A DNA stretch of 64,000 nt from positions 51,553 to 115,552 of the forward strand of contig DAEN01000040.1 of NCBI GenBank assembly GCA_002495315.1, given 5' to 3'. This document shows, piece by piece, positions 9,326 through 19,210 of this stretch (its first letter is position 1; each line of letters opens with the position of its first letter). The notes below the pieces were generated by a model. The model had not been told where the DNA came from and made no database searches. It saw only the letters and a program-made list of their open reading frames with translations. Source of the stretch: Thaumarchaeota archaeon UBA141 (GTDB taxonomy: Archaea > Thermoproteota > Nitrososphaeria > Nitrososphaerales > UBA141). Both the position numbers and the translations under genes were made by a program.

Positions 9326-10018
9326 TTGCTTATAGGTTATAGTAGTTGTCCGAAATTGGATCCATTGACTCTCGTTAACGTTGAGGAACCACGAAAACCC
9401 AACTTCATTGACGAATGGCTTGTGGAATATTTTATTGACTATGCTATTCCATCTAAACGACTGGGTTTTGGAAAGACCCCTGCTATTCTAATTATAGACT
9501 TCCAGAAGAACATTCGAGAAACTGGTCTTATAGGAAGAGCAATTCAGAATACTGCAATCCTTCTAGAGAAGGCAAGAGAGAAACATATTCCACTGTTTTA
9601 CAGTGTTATAGGTTTCAGAGCAGATATGAAGGATTTTGTGCCAAACAAAATGACTACGTTGACCGGACATATTGTGGGAACAGATAGTGTAGAAGTGATC
9701 GATAAATTGGAACCCAAAGACGACGACGTAATCATTACGAAGAAGACGAATTCAATGTTTATTGGTACGGACTTGGCGCTTTACCTAAACCGAATGAGAG
9801 TCGATACTCTTATCATAACTGGCTGTCATACTGGAGGTTGCGTCAGAGCCAGTGCTACTGATTCATATAGCTTGGGTTATCGAACTATTCTCCCTGAGGA
9901 ATGCGTTGGTGACGGAAAAGGCCTCATTCCTCATAAATCTAATTTGTGTGATCTTCACATACGGGGAGCAGACGTCATTACAATTCGTGAAACAATGGAA
10001 TATCTAGATCAATTCTGA
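9326..10018 (+). CDS. Isochorismatase/cysteine hydrolase family (N-carbamoylsarcosine or maleamate amidase-like); start uncertain
   Basis: LGFGKTPAILIIDFQ, KKTNSMF.GT, TGCHTGGCVRASATD: Asp-Lys-Cys triad. Confidence 0.85.
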   Translation: MLIGYSSCPKLDPLTLVNVEEPRKPNFIDEWLVEYFIDYAIPSKRLGFGKTPAILIIDFQKNIRETGLIGRAIQNTAILLEKAREKHIPLFYSVIGFRADMKDFVPNKMTTLTGHIVGTDSVEVIDKLEPKDDDVIITKKTNSMFIGTDLALYLNRMRVDTLIITGCHTGGCVRASATDSYSLGYRTILPEECVGDGKGLIPHKSNLCDLHIRGADVITIRETMEYLDQF

Positions 10019-10286
10019 GGAAAGAACCAGTCTCTCTAAAGAGTGAACAGGTATTCAAGCACTTGGGTAATGTTTCCCAATTAATAAAAAACCACCATTC
10101 TTTCTTATCATCGTTAGTACCGCTTCTGAGTTGTTAGTCCAGGAAATCATATTAAGACTAGACTAGGTAACCAACCCTTCCCCAAATATTACAGATTTCT
10201 TTACATAATTACTTAGTAAATATAAGCAATTCAACAGAATATTTAATAGAGTAACGTAAACCCGCTACTTGTCGTTCATCTTGTCA

Positions 10287-10514
10287 ATGGCCTTTGTCCT
10301 TATCAATGCAGACCTTGGAGCAGAGGAAGATCTAGTCAAAGAGCTGAGAAGTATCGAGAACGTGAAAGAAGTCTTCGTAGTCTACGGCGTCTATGACATT
10401 GTCGCAAAGATAGAGGGTCCATCAATGGAAAAAGTGAAAGAGACTATTACCTGGAAGATTCGTCGATTAGAGAAGGTAAGATCTACCTTAACCATGATAG
10501 TAGTAGAGAGCTAA
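10287..10514 (+). CDS. Stand-alone Lrp/AsnC ligand-binding (RAM) domain protein
   Basis: AFVLINADLG.E, VYGVYDIVAKIE, KIRRL.KVRSTLTMIV; no HTH. Confidence 0.9.
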   Translation: MAFVLINADLGAEEDLVKELRSIENVKEVFVVYGVYDIVAKIEGPSMEKVKETITWKIRRLEKVRSTLTMIVVES

Positions 10515-10523
10515 CACTACCTT

Positions 10524-11858
10524 TTGCAATGCCATCTTGGAATCGATGATACTGATAGCCAAGCTGGGGGATGTACCACATACATCGCTTCGTTAATTAT
10601 AGAAAAGCTAGGTAAATTAGGCGCACAGTTTACTGACTATCCGAATCTGATTAGGCTAAATCCTAACATCCCCTATAAAACACGTGGAAACGCAGCGATA
10701 GCATTACGGTTCAAAGTTCCAGCGCCTGAGAAAGCTTTTGCAGCAGCAAAATGGATTCTACGAAATTCGTTATTACCCACTGATCCATTAAACCAAAAAC
10801 CTGAACCCGGTCTTGTCCTCTTCATAGGGGACAGGATCCCTTCCATGCTAAGAATTTTTTCTCAAGAAGCCTTGCAGACTGTCCTCTCTATATCAAGAGC
10901 TCGAGATTTGATTAAACAATTGCATCTGAGATCCTTTTCAACTAACGGTGGAAGAGGGTTGATAGGTGCAGTTGCTGCTATAGGAAATCCTCTCAATGAA
11001 GATCACACTTTTGAGTTAATCTGTTATAGACACCCCAAAAATTGGGGCTTTCTTCGTAAAATAGGTAAAGCTTCGGTCTTCGAGATGGACTCGGTCTTCC
11101 GCTCTAGTACATTCAATAATTCGGATCCGAAGTCGTCACGAATATTAATTGCTCCGCGGGGACCAGATCCAGTACTTCTAGGCATTAGAGGCGAAACTCC
11201 ATCTAGCCTTATGAATGCCATCCGGATGTTAGATTTGGATGAGCAAGTGCAAGGATATGTAATCTATAGGAGCAATCAGGGGACATCTGAACATTTACAA
11301 ACGCTCAAAGGGTTACAGCCACACGAGGCTGGTAGTGTTCGCGGTACGGTAATGGATCATCCACGGATTGAGCGTGGGGGCCACGTCTTTTTTGAGCTTT
11401 CTACAAAACTGGGATCGCTGAAATGTGCAGCATATGAACCATCAGATTCCTTACGTCAAAAAGTATTATTGCTCGAAAAAGGCGATAGAGTTCAAGTTGG
11501 AGGCGGCATTCGACCCGCGAGCAGTACTGATGCTTTGGTCCTAAATCTGGAGTTTCTACTAGTAGAAGAATGTATACCGGTCTATAGGACATTCAACCCT
11601 CTTTGCCTTGTCTGTGGAGGCAGCATGACTTCTATGGGTTATCGCCAAGGGCTTCGATGTCGCAAATGCCGTGCCCGCGTTCCGCCTATACCTAAACTTA
11701 GAGTCACCCAACCAAGGAACATAGCCCCTGGCTTTTACCTTCCACCTCCTCGATCCCAGAGACATTTAACCAAGCCAATAAAGCGTTTTGGGAAAGAACG
11801 CCGACGGCCATATAGACGTCTTTTGGAGGCATGGTATGGCAATGTGTCTAGTTTATGA
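10524..11858 (+). CDS. tiaS: tRNA(Ile2) agmatinylcytidine synthetase
   Basis: GIDDTDS..GGCTTY, LIRLNPNIPYKTRGN, P.GPDPVLLGIRG, SNQGT, Zn ribbon, RHLTKP. Confidence 0.96.
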   Translation: MQCHLGIDDTDSQAGGCTTYIASLIIEKLGKLGAQFTDYPNLIRLNPNIPYKTRGNAAIALRFKVPAPEKAFAAAKWILRNSLLPTDPLNQKPEPGLVLFIGDRIPSMLRIFSQEALQTVLSISRARDLIKQLHLRSFSTNGGRGLIGAVAAIGNPLNEDHTFELICYRHPKNWGFLRKIGKASVFEMDSVFRSSTFNNSDPKSSRILIAPRGPDPVLLGIRGETPSSLMNAIRMLDLDEQVQGYVIYRSNQGTSEHLQTLKGLQPHEAGSVRGTVMDHPRIERGGHVFFELSTKLGSLKCAAYEPSDSLRQKVLLLEKGDRVQVGGGIRPASSTDALVLNLEFLLVEECIPVYRTFNPLCLVCGGSMTSMGYRQGLRCRKCRARVPPIPKLRVTQPRNIAPGFYLPPPRSQRHLTKPIKRFGKERRRPYRRLLEAWYGNVSSL

Positions 11859-11958
11859 AAATTTTCTAACATGGAGTAATTGTAAATTATGGGATCAAAT
11901 AATATTCGTCGTTTTCTTCTGTTAAGATTACGAAAAAAGAAATCGAAGTCGATAACCA

Positions 11959-12552
11959 ATGCACCGACCACTTGTTCCCCTTCCTTTGGAATTTTACCAA
12001 AGAGAAACAGCTGATGTAGCCAAAGCTTTGCTTGGAAAGGTGGTCATACACGAGTCGGACTCCCAGCTTCTCTCAGGCCGTATAGTCGAGGTCGAAGCCT
12101 ATGGAGGAAAGGAGGATCCAGCTAGCCACGCCCACCGAAATAAGACGTCGCGGAATTCTGTAATGTTTGGAAGACCAGGATGTGCTTACATTTACTTCAT
12201 CTATGGAACCCACTACTGCCTTAACGTAGTCGCTCACGATGTTGGCGTTCCGGGGGCTGCGCTAATAAGAGCACTAGAGCCTTTGGATGGAATTGCATTA
12301 ATGAAAAAGAACCGTGGAATTCAGGATACGCGGCAATTAATGGCTGGTCCAGGAAGACTAACAAAAGCTCTTAATATAGGAATCAAAATGAGTGGGGTCG
12401 ATCTTACGAGATCAAGGAAGCTGTTCATAACTGAGGATAAAAGCTACAAAGAGATCAACATTGATTCCTCTCCTCGCATTGGAATTAGAGTAGGAATGGA
12501 TAGAGCCTGGAGATTCAATGTACGAGGAAACCAATTCGTCTCTAGGAGATGA
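11959..12552 (+). CDS. mpg: 3-methyladenine DNA glycosylase (MPG/AAG family)
   Basis: GRIVEVEAY.G.EDPASH, YIYFIYG.HYCLNVV, ALIRALEP, GPGRLTKAL, PRIGI. Confidence 0.95.
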   Translation: MHRPLVPLPLEFYQRETADVAKALLGKVVIHESDSQLLSGRIVEVEAYGGKEDPASHAHRNKTSRNSVMFGRPGCAYIYFIYGTHYCLNVVAHDVGVPGAALIRALEPLDGIALMKKNRGIQDTRQLMAGPGRLTKALNIGIKMSGVDLTRSRKLFITEDKSYKEINIDSSPRIGIRVGMDRAWRFNVRGNQFVSRR

Positions 12553-12697
12553 AATATTCCTCAAGGTCATGGAATCTAGTCACGATCTCCTTCGCAATCT
12601 TAGTCATGGCACGAAAAAGTCAACGTGATTGGAAACATACATTATAGACTTGGTCAATAAAGCAGCCTCGAATCCCTAAGATGTTACGGATCTTGAC

Positions 12698-12725
12698 AAT
12701 GTGAAAATACTAATGTGAAAACACT
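12698..12725 (+). repeat. 14-bp tandem direct repeat upstream of HAD gene
   Basis: AATGTGAAAATACT AATGTGAAAACACT (1 mismatch). Confidence 0.75.
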
Positions 12726-12768
12726 ATACACGATGCAGAAAAATCCTCAATGTTACCTGCTGATTTAG

Positions 12769-13422
12769 ATGACAAAAGTGATCGCTTTCGATTGGGACGG
12801 TGTACTTCTAGATTCACGAGTGCAAGTTCTCAAAGTCTATAATCGAATCTTGGATAATTTCGACCTTCCTCCAGTGACCATGGACTTCCTGAGGAGTAAA
12901 GGGAGCTCTAGATGGTACACCTTCTACGAAAGGATGGGGATACATGAAAAAGACTGGCCGGAAGCAGATCGACTCTGGATAGAGTTCTACAAAGGGTACA
13001 ATCCACAGCTATATTCTGATGTTCGACCTGTATTATCTTACCTAAAACAAGAATCAAAAAACAAGATTGCATTAGTTTCAAATGGCCAAGAAGCTCGAGT
13101 TATGCGCGAATTGGTGAAGTTTGGTGTACAAAACTATTTCGATATTACTGCCTTTAGTACTCAAAAAGATATGATGAAGCCATCGCCATTTCTGATTCTT
13201 GGGGTAATAAAGAAGGTTAAGGTTGAACCACACGAGGTTCTCTATGTAGGGGATACACCTGAAGATATCTTGGCAGCTAAAGCGGCAGGAGTTAGCTCAG
13301 CTGCTATTTCAGAAGGTTTTGCCACGAGAGAACGATTGTTTGCTGAAACACCTAATTATCTGTTCAATAGCCTGAGCAAGATGGCAGAGAGTCTTTACGG
13401 CTATCGAGTTCCTCCTTTGTGA
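12769..13422 (+). CDS. HAD-superfamily phosphatase (phosphoglycolate phosphatase-like)
   Basis: FDWDGVLLD motif I, VSN, KPSP, YVGDT.ED motif IV. Confidence 0.9.
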   Translation: MTKVIAFDWDGVLLDSRVQVLKVYNRILDNFDLPPVTMDFLRSKGSSRWYTFYERMGIHEKDWPEADRLWIEFYKGYNPQLYSDVRPVLSYLKQESKNKIALVSNGQEARVMRELVKFGVQNYFDITAFSTQKDMMKPSPFLILGVIKKVKVEPHEVLYVGDTPEDILAAKAAGVSSAAISEGFATRERLFAETPNYLFNSLSKMAESLYGYRVPPL

Positions 13423-13487
13423 TTAACTAAACACAGATTTCATATATCGATAAAGGTTAAGTAAGCTAGACGAACGATAATAACTCA

Positions 13488-13602
13488 GCCGGCCATAGGG
13501 GCGGGGTCCCACCCGGTCTCGTTCCGAACCCGGAAGTTAAACCCGTCACCGCCATCGTGTTAGTGAGGTCCGGAAGGTCTCGCGAAGCGGTGGTGCCGGC
13601 GC
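13488..13602 (+). rRNA. rrf: 5S rRNA, unlinked from 16S/23S
   Basis: GCCGGCCATAGG..CACCCGGTCTCGTTCCGAACCCGGAAGTTAAACC..TTAGTGAGGTCCGGAAGGTCTCGCGAAG..TGCCGGC; terminal GCCGGC helix; ends approximate. Confidence 0.92.
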
Positions 13603-13715
13603 CTCATATTATCATGATTTCTCTTCAAAGAAGAGAGCGCAAAGCTGATAATGGATGACGAATTGGGACTGTTAGAGCGGCAAAATCCCTTAACTTCCAA
13701 AGGTTGTCGCTTAGT

Positions 13716-13808
13716 GGGTCGGTAGCTCAGACAGGTAGAGCATGGGAATGCTCCTAAAGCATCGGGCTTTTAACCCGGGGGTCGCGGGTCCGAATCCCGC
13801 CCGACCCG
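13716..13808 (+). tRNA. tRNA-Lys(UUU) with a 19-nt intron in the D arm (about 22/23, 13739-13757)
   Basis: Acceptor GGGTCGG/CCGACCC-G; removing AGCATGGGAATGCTCCTAA restores the D stem and TCGGG-CTTTTAA-CCCGG; T arm GCGGG-TCCGAAT-CCCGC. Confidence 0.9.
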
Positions 13809-13875
13809 CTCATTTCTTATTGAGCTAGCAAAAGGAGGTTTCACTTGAGAGGCAGCGTATAAACATGGTTAAGGC

Positions 13876-14343
13876 TCATGCGCGTACATTGGGAAGGACG
13901 TACTTTTGTTCGCGCCATATCTTCTTCATTTCGATAAAGGTTTCAGTGTGGAGGACGCCTTTTATGCGGCCGATCTTTGAAGAGACTACCTCGTGCAATT
14001 CTTCTAGGGAACGAGATTTCGCCTCGACAATTAGGTCGAACCTGCCTGTCACCTCAATTATTTGTCTTACTTCAGGTAGCTCTGTCAGGTCTTTCATAAT
14101 CGTCTCACTAAATCTTGAATCAATATTCAGACCTGTGACTACCGTCACAAAGTAGCCTAGCTTCTCCTCATTTATTTCCGCCGTAAATCTCTTTATTATA
14201 TTCCGTTTGATCAGCCGCTTGATTCTGCTGTATACGACTGAGGAATTTACATTAATTTTCTTGCTGAGTCTTGGGACTGATAAGCTAGCGTCTTTGATTA
14301 GCTCTGTCAAGATTTTGATGTCTATGTCATCAATTTTCCCCAA
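13876..14343 (-). CDS. Lrp/AsnC family transcriptional regulator (HTH plus RAM domain)
   Basis: IDDIDIKIL.EL..DA, SVVYSRIKRL, EVTGRFDLIV; start TTG 14343 preferred (ORF open to 14427). Confidence 0.92.
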   Translation of the reverse strand: MGKIDDIDIKILTELIKDASLSVPRLSKKINVNSSVVYSRIKRLIKRNIIKRFTAEINEEKLGYFVTVVTGLNIDSRFSETIMKDLTELPEVRQIIEVTGRFDLIVEAKSRSLEELHEVVSSKIGRIKGVLHTETFIEMKKIWREQKYVLPNVRA

Positions 14344-14456
14344 GTACTTCTCCCCGTACCTCAAACTTTTTAGAAAAGAAGTTAATAAACTTAAATCTTT
14401 ATCATTATTTTGAAAGGAAATGACCACGCTGTTCTTTTTCTAGAATGATTTACTAG

Positions 14457-15581
14457 CTAAATGTAATTCTCTTTAACTAGCATTTCAGCCGTGAGTACAG
14501 CTCCTTTAGCTGCACCCATTCTTGTATTATGACTTACCAGTACATATTTGATACCATTCTTCATCGCATCGTCTTCTCTTATACGTCCCACGACAGTAGC
14601 CATTCCACCATGGGTGTCTCTGTCTCTGCGCGGTTGAGGTCTGTACGGATCCTCTTGTAAGACTATCATCCGTTCTGGTGCACTGGGAAGGCCGCTCTTG
14701 TCAAGAACAGAAGCAAAAGAGTTCATGGCTTTCTTCACTTCTCCAGGGGGACATGGCTTCTCAGTTGAAACAAAGACTGACTCGGTGTGACCATCTTTTA
14801 CATTTACACGCATACAGGTGCAGCTAATCTTTACCGACGCGGCTTGAATACCTTCAGCTTCCACCGTTCCTAGGATTTTTCTACCCTCATGCATTACTTT
14901 CTCTTCCTCTTTCGGTATGAAAGGAATCACGTTGTCAATTATGTCAAGTGCTCTGACGCCAGGGCTTCTTCCTGCTCCTGAAAGAGCTTGGAGAGACGTC
15001 ATCAATACGGCCTTCAATCCAAATTCGTCTAGCAGTGGCTTGAGCGTAACTGCGAGACCAGTGACTGTACAGTTGGGAATTGGAGCAACGAAGCCTTTCC
15101 ACCCTCTCCGTAATCTCTGGTGGGTGATGAGCTTTGCATGATCAGAGTTGATCCCTGGAATTAGAAGAGGAACGTCTTCTTCATATCTAAAGGCGGAGGC
15201 GGTGCTTATGACAGGGGTCGTTTTTGCAAAATGTGTCTCCAAGAGCAAGGCACTATCAGACTCTACTCCTGTAAAAATAACGTCGTAGTCCGAAGCTTTC
15301 AGCTTTTCGGCGTCTTGAACTTGTAAGTTTGCCCATTCTTCTGGCAGTTGTTCTTCGCAATACCAACGTAAAGCTCCAGCGTCATCCTGGAGAGCTTCAG
15401 CATAAGATTTACCCGCAGAACGTCCTGAGGCAGCAAGACCGCTGACGCGAAACCATGGATGGCCGAGAAGGGATCCGAGAAATTGCTGGCCTACAATTCC
15501 AGTAGCTCCTACTACAGCTGCATTCAGCACAGAAATATTATCACGATTGGTCTTAATTACTTTTACACGGTAGGACTTCAA
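14457..15581 (-). CDS. asd: Aspartate-semialdehyde dehydrogenase
   Basis: VVGATGIVGQQF, PNCT catalytic Cys, QALSGAG, DGHTE, SHNT.MGAAKG. Confidence 0.96.
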   Translation of the reverse strand: MKSYRVKVIKTNRDNISVLNAAVVGATGIVGQQFLGSLLGHPWFRVSGLAASGRSAGKSYAEALQDDAGALRWYCEEQLPEEWANLQVQDAEKLKASDYDVIFTGVESDSALLLETHFAKTTPVISTASAFRYEEDVPLLIPGINSDHAKLITHQRLRRGWKGFVAPIPNCTVTGLAVTLKPLLDEFGLKAVLMTSLQALSGAGRSPGVRALDIIDNVIPFIPKEEEKVMHEGRKILGTVEAEGIQAASVKISCTCMRVNVKDGHTESVFVSTEKPCPPGEVKKAMNSFASVLDKSGLPSAPERMIVLQEDPYRPQPRRDRDTHGGMATVVGRIREDDAMKNGIKYVLVSHNTRMGAAKGAVLTAEMLVKENYI

Positions 15582-15640
15582 GCTACACAGGGTCTTGAAC
15601 TTCTGCAGTTTTTGACAGGAGTAGTTACTCGACGCCCTGT

Positions 15641-17059
15641 TTAGTAATTATTCATCTCTAGCTTGAACTTTTTGTGAATTACGCGGAGAGCTTCTTCACA
15701 GTCTTGCTCTTGCACTGCAAAGGAGATGTTAAGCTCAGAAGATCCTTGAGCAACCATTCTCACGTTTATACCATGTGATGCAACTGCACCAAAAACCTTA
15801 GCTGCTATTCCCGGTGTGCCCCTCATTCCGGCGCCAAGTACAGAAATGACACTGACATTGTCTTCAGCCCTAACTTCTCTGATTAACCCTTTTCCCAGGA
15901 AAGCTATCTCAAGTACGCTTACAGTTCGCGCAGAAAGGTTCCGACTGACTAGAAACGTGATGTTTGCCTCAGATACGCTCTGTGAGATCATGAGGATGTT
16001 GATTCCATTCTTTCCCAGTATATCGAATATACGACCGGCCATCCCCGGCCTACCGACCATTTCTGTACCTGAGACATTTATCATTGCCACATCTCTAATG
16101 AGTCCAAGAGCTTTTACTATTCGCTTGGAGGGAACCATCTCAGTTTCGGCAATAAGAGTTCCAGAGCTCTTTGGATTGAAGGTATTTTTGATCCGTATTG
16201 GTATTTTTTTCTCTGCAGCTGGAATAAGGGCCTTGGGATGCATTGCTTTAGCCCCGAAAGCTACCATTTCGATCGCTTCTAAGTAAGAAATAGTGGAAAG
16301 TAGGCGAGCCTCAGGGACAAGTCGCGGATCCGAAGTCATAAAGCCATCCACATCTGTCAAGATCCAGACCTCATCGAAATCTAGAGAATCACCTATTATG
16401 GTAGCCGTATAATCGGAACCTCCTCTTCCCAGAGTAGTGTAATTTCCATTTTGATTTGCCGCTACAAATCCTGTAATTACCGGGATAGTCTCCCTGCGCA
16501 ATATTTTTCCAACTTCTCGTCTTACACTTTCGCGTGTCTGCTCTTTCAGAGGGCTAGCATCCCCAAAAATATCGTCAGTAACGATCCCTGCTTCTTTTCC
16601 GGTGATTGACTTCGCCTTCAACCCGAGGTCTTGCAATACCGTCTCAAATATTGGTACCAAAAGTTGTTCTCCAAACGAGAGGATATGGTCTTTTGAACGC
16701 GGTGTGAGCTCCCTTAGAATTGCTATACCTGTAAAAACCTCCTCGAGATCATGTAGTTGTTTCTTGAGCTTCTTCTCTGCTTGACGTTGCAAATCGGAGT
16801 TTTCTGTTCCAAGTTGTATTGCTAAAAGATGCCTTTCATACAGATCTCTGACGAATTTTTGTATGGGGTCAGCACCTCTATTGCTCACCTCCGAAGCCAT
16901 CGTTAACAAGCTGTCTGTAACTCCTTCCATGGCAGAACTTACTACAGTGATCTGGTTCTGAGTACTCTCCTTGGCAACGATCTCAGCAGCGCGTCTGATC
17001 ATAGTTCCATTAGCAACAGAACTTCCGCCGAATTTCATGACGATCTTCATTCGAATCAC
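15641..17059 (-). CDS. lysC: Aspartate kinase with ACT domains
   Basis: MKFGGSSV, TTLGRGGSDYTA, TDVDG..T.DP, SQSVSE and AQGSSE ACT motifs. Confidence 0.96.
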   Translation of the reverse strand: MIRMKIVMKFGGSSVANGTMIRRAAEIVAKESTQNQITVVSSAMEGVTDSLLTMASEVSNRGADPIQKFVRDLYERHLLAIQLGTENSDLQRQAEKKLKKQLHDLEEVFTGIAILRELTPRSKDHILSFGEQLLVPIFETVLQDLGLKAKSITGKEAGIVTDDIFGDASPLKEQTRESVRREVGKILRRETIPVITGFVAANQNGNYTTLGRGGSDYTATIIGDSLDFDEVWILTDVDGFMTSDPRLVPEARLLSTISYLEAIEMVAFGAKAMHPKALIPAAEKKIPIRIKNTFNPKSSGTLIAETEMVPSKRIVKALGLIRDVAMINVSGTEMVGRPGMAGRIFDILGKNGINILMISQSVSEANITFLVSRNLSARTVSVLEIAFLGKGLIREVRAEDNVSVISVLGAGMRGTPGIAAKVFGAVASHGINVRMVAQGSSELNISFAVQEQDCEEALRVIHKKFKLEMNNY

Positions 17060-18075
17060 CCGCTCACAAGTCTCTCCCGAATAGCTAGCATATCGCGCAA
17101 AATAGCTGAAGCTGTTTCTAGGCCTCCCGCACCTTTCCCAATAACTATTTCTTCACCTACGAATTCAGAGATTAACCTAATGCCGTTTAGAGCTTCCTTC
17201 ACGCAGAGTGGATCTGTATAGGCAATCTCAATAGGCTTTACCGTTAGATGATCGCCCTCTGTTGTTCCAACCAAACGGATCGCATTTCCCTTCTTTCTGG
17301 CACGTTGAATATCTTTCTGAGTAATTTCTCTGATGCCAGTGATTGAAACATCCTTGATAGTGGAACGTTTAGCCATGAGCCAATTTGCGGTTATGACAAG
17401 TTTAGCGGCGGTATCATAACCATCTATATCTAGACTCGGATCGGTTTCTGCGTAGCCCAGTTCTTGGGCAAGTTGAAGGGATTCATTGAAGCTCTTTCCA
17501 TCTTGCTCCATTCGAGTCAAGATGAAATTTGTGGTCCCATTTAGAATGCCCTGTATAGCGGTTATCTTATCCGGGTTCAGACATGTCTTGCCGAATTCCA
17601 GGATTGGGGTCCCGCCACCAACTGTTCCACTAAAGCGAAGATGAACGCCGTGGTATTTTGCTGATTCGAGGAGAACCGGCATAGCCAGAGCTAGAGGGCC
17701 TTTGTTTGCAGTTATCACATTCATCTTGGAACGTAGTGCGCTTTCGATATGTAGGAGGCCTGGTTGTCCATCCCTAAGATTAGTGGGAGTCATCTCTACT
17801 ACAACTTCTCCTTCAACTGAACGCAACAACTCCGTGGCGGACATTCCTTTATGGTAATCAGATCCTGACAGACTTAACGACCCTTTCTTTCTCTTTGCTT
17901 CAAGGGCTTTGGGTAGGTTGATGCCTCTAGGATCCATGAGGGCTCCTCTTTGATCTGCTATGCCTACAACACGAGGATTAAGGCCATAGCTGCTGGACAG
18001 CTCTCTTTCGCGAGCAATTAGAAGCTCAGATAGGCCTTGTCCAATTACTCCATAGCCTATCAAGATGAGGCGCAA
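17056..18075 (-). CDS. hom: Homoserine dehydrogenase
   Basis: LIGYGVIG, TANKGPLA, TVGGGTP, GILNGTTNFIL, GYAETDP, GKGAGGLETASA; start TTG 18075 preferred. Confidence 0.95.
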   Translation of the reverse strand: MRLILIGYGVIGQGLSELLIARERELSSSYGLNPRVVGIADQRGALMDPRGINLPKALEAKRKKGSLSLSGSDYHKGMSATELLRSVEGEVVVEMTPTNLRDGQPGLLHIESALRSKMNVITANKGPLALAMPVLLESAKYHGVHLRFSGTVGGGTPILEFGKTCLNPDKITAIQGILNGTTNFILTRMEQDGKSFNESLQLAQELGYAETDPSLDIDGYDTAAKLVITANWLMAKRSTIKDVSITGIREITQKDIQRARKKGNAIRLVGTTEGDHLTVKPIEIAYTDPLCVKEALNGIRLISEFVGEEIVIGKGAGGLETASAILRDMLAIRERLVSG

Positions 18076-18188
18076 GACGATGTGGTAACTGAAGCTTTCT
18101 TCGCTATTTTGCTTTTTTGGGCCAATGAAGAAATCAGATGTACAGCCAGTAGGCACTCGATGATTAGGAGGCCTTAACGTTGATGTGA

Positions 18189-19067
18189 CTATCTTTCTAG
18201 TCGCAGTTTTCGTACAAGGTTACCTATCGAATATAGTATGAGTGAAGTTATGGTGAGCAAGATACCAATAATTCCTGTTGTAACTGCAATCAAAGATATG
18301 GGTATGCTGAAATAAGCAGATTCATTGTACAATATCAAAGTATACGTAAGGAGGGCAACGCCTAAAGCCATACTTATCAGGCCAGGCAGTCCGAGGTAAA
18401 TTAACGGCCTTCTTTCCACCACAACCCGAAGGATGGCAGCTATTACATGGAAACCTTGGCCTACTACGCTGCGATCTCGGGAGGATCCATCATAACTACA
18501 AGTTATAGGAACTTCAACTATTCGTAATTTTCTTGTTCCAGCATCAAGTAAAATCTGCGAATCAACTCCTAAACCATCTTCAGTCACATTTAGCATGGCT
18601 ATTGTTTGCCTTGTATAGGCTCGAAAACCACTTTGAGTATCAGAAATATTTCGACCAGCAAACCGATTTGTAAAGAAAGAAAGAACCTTGTTACCAAAAG
18701 TACGATGCCTAGGCATTTCTACCTCCTCATTCAAGCGCGAACCGTTAACTATGTCTGCGTCACCATTAAGAAGTGGTTGGATGACCTTCGGGATCTCGTT
18801 AGGATCATGTTGTCCGTCGCCGTCTAGAGTTACAATAATTTCTGCATCCATCTGACGAGATCTCTCGAACAGCGTGCGAAGAGCTGCCCCTTTACCCAGG
18901 TTCTCTGAATGTCTTGCAACCTCTACGCCCAGTGCCTCTGCAATCTCGACTGTCATATCGGTTGATCCGTCATCACAGACTATGACCGCGTTTGAATTCT
19001 TTCTTGCGGCTAATATGACACCTGCTATTGACTTTTCCTCATTGAAAGCAGGTATACAGACAAGCAC
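18189..19067 (-). CDS. GT2 glycosyltransferase (polyprenol-phosphate glycosyltransferase-like) with two C-terminal TM helices
   Basis: IPAFNEE, CDDGSTD, NLGKG, LDGDGQH, DTQSGFRA. Confidence 0.9.
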   Translation of the reverse strand: MLVCIPAFNEEKSIAGVILAARKNSNAVIVCDDGSTDMTVEIAEALGVEVARHSENLGKGAALRTLFERSRQMDAEIIVTLDGDGQHDPNEIPKVIQPLLNGDADIVNGSRLNEEVEMPRHRTFGNKVLSFFTNRFAGRNISDTQSGFRAYTRQTIAMLNVTEDGLGVDSQILLDAGTRKLRIVEVPITCSYDGSSRDRSVVGQGFHVIAAILRVVVERRPLIYLGLPGLISMALGVALLTYTLILYNESAYFSIPISLIAVTTGIIGILLTITSLILYSIGNLVRKLRLER

Positions 19068-19210
19068 TGACCTTTTGTTAAAAGTAGTCGTGGTTCCACC
19101 TATTGTTTGATTTTCATATGATCCTAGTGTGAAGTGATAAAGTCTTCGGCACTAATCTATTTGCTTACTTTTCTTCTGGCTTCTATTATATGAGAGGTAT
19201 TTGATTGAAT

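Noticed and set aside
13603..13715. Possible C/D-box sRNA between 5S rRNA and tRNA-Lys
   Set aside because: Boxes are degenerate and wrongly spaced; the region also holds the tRNA promoter
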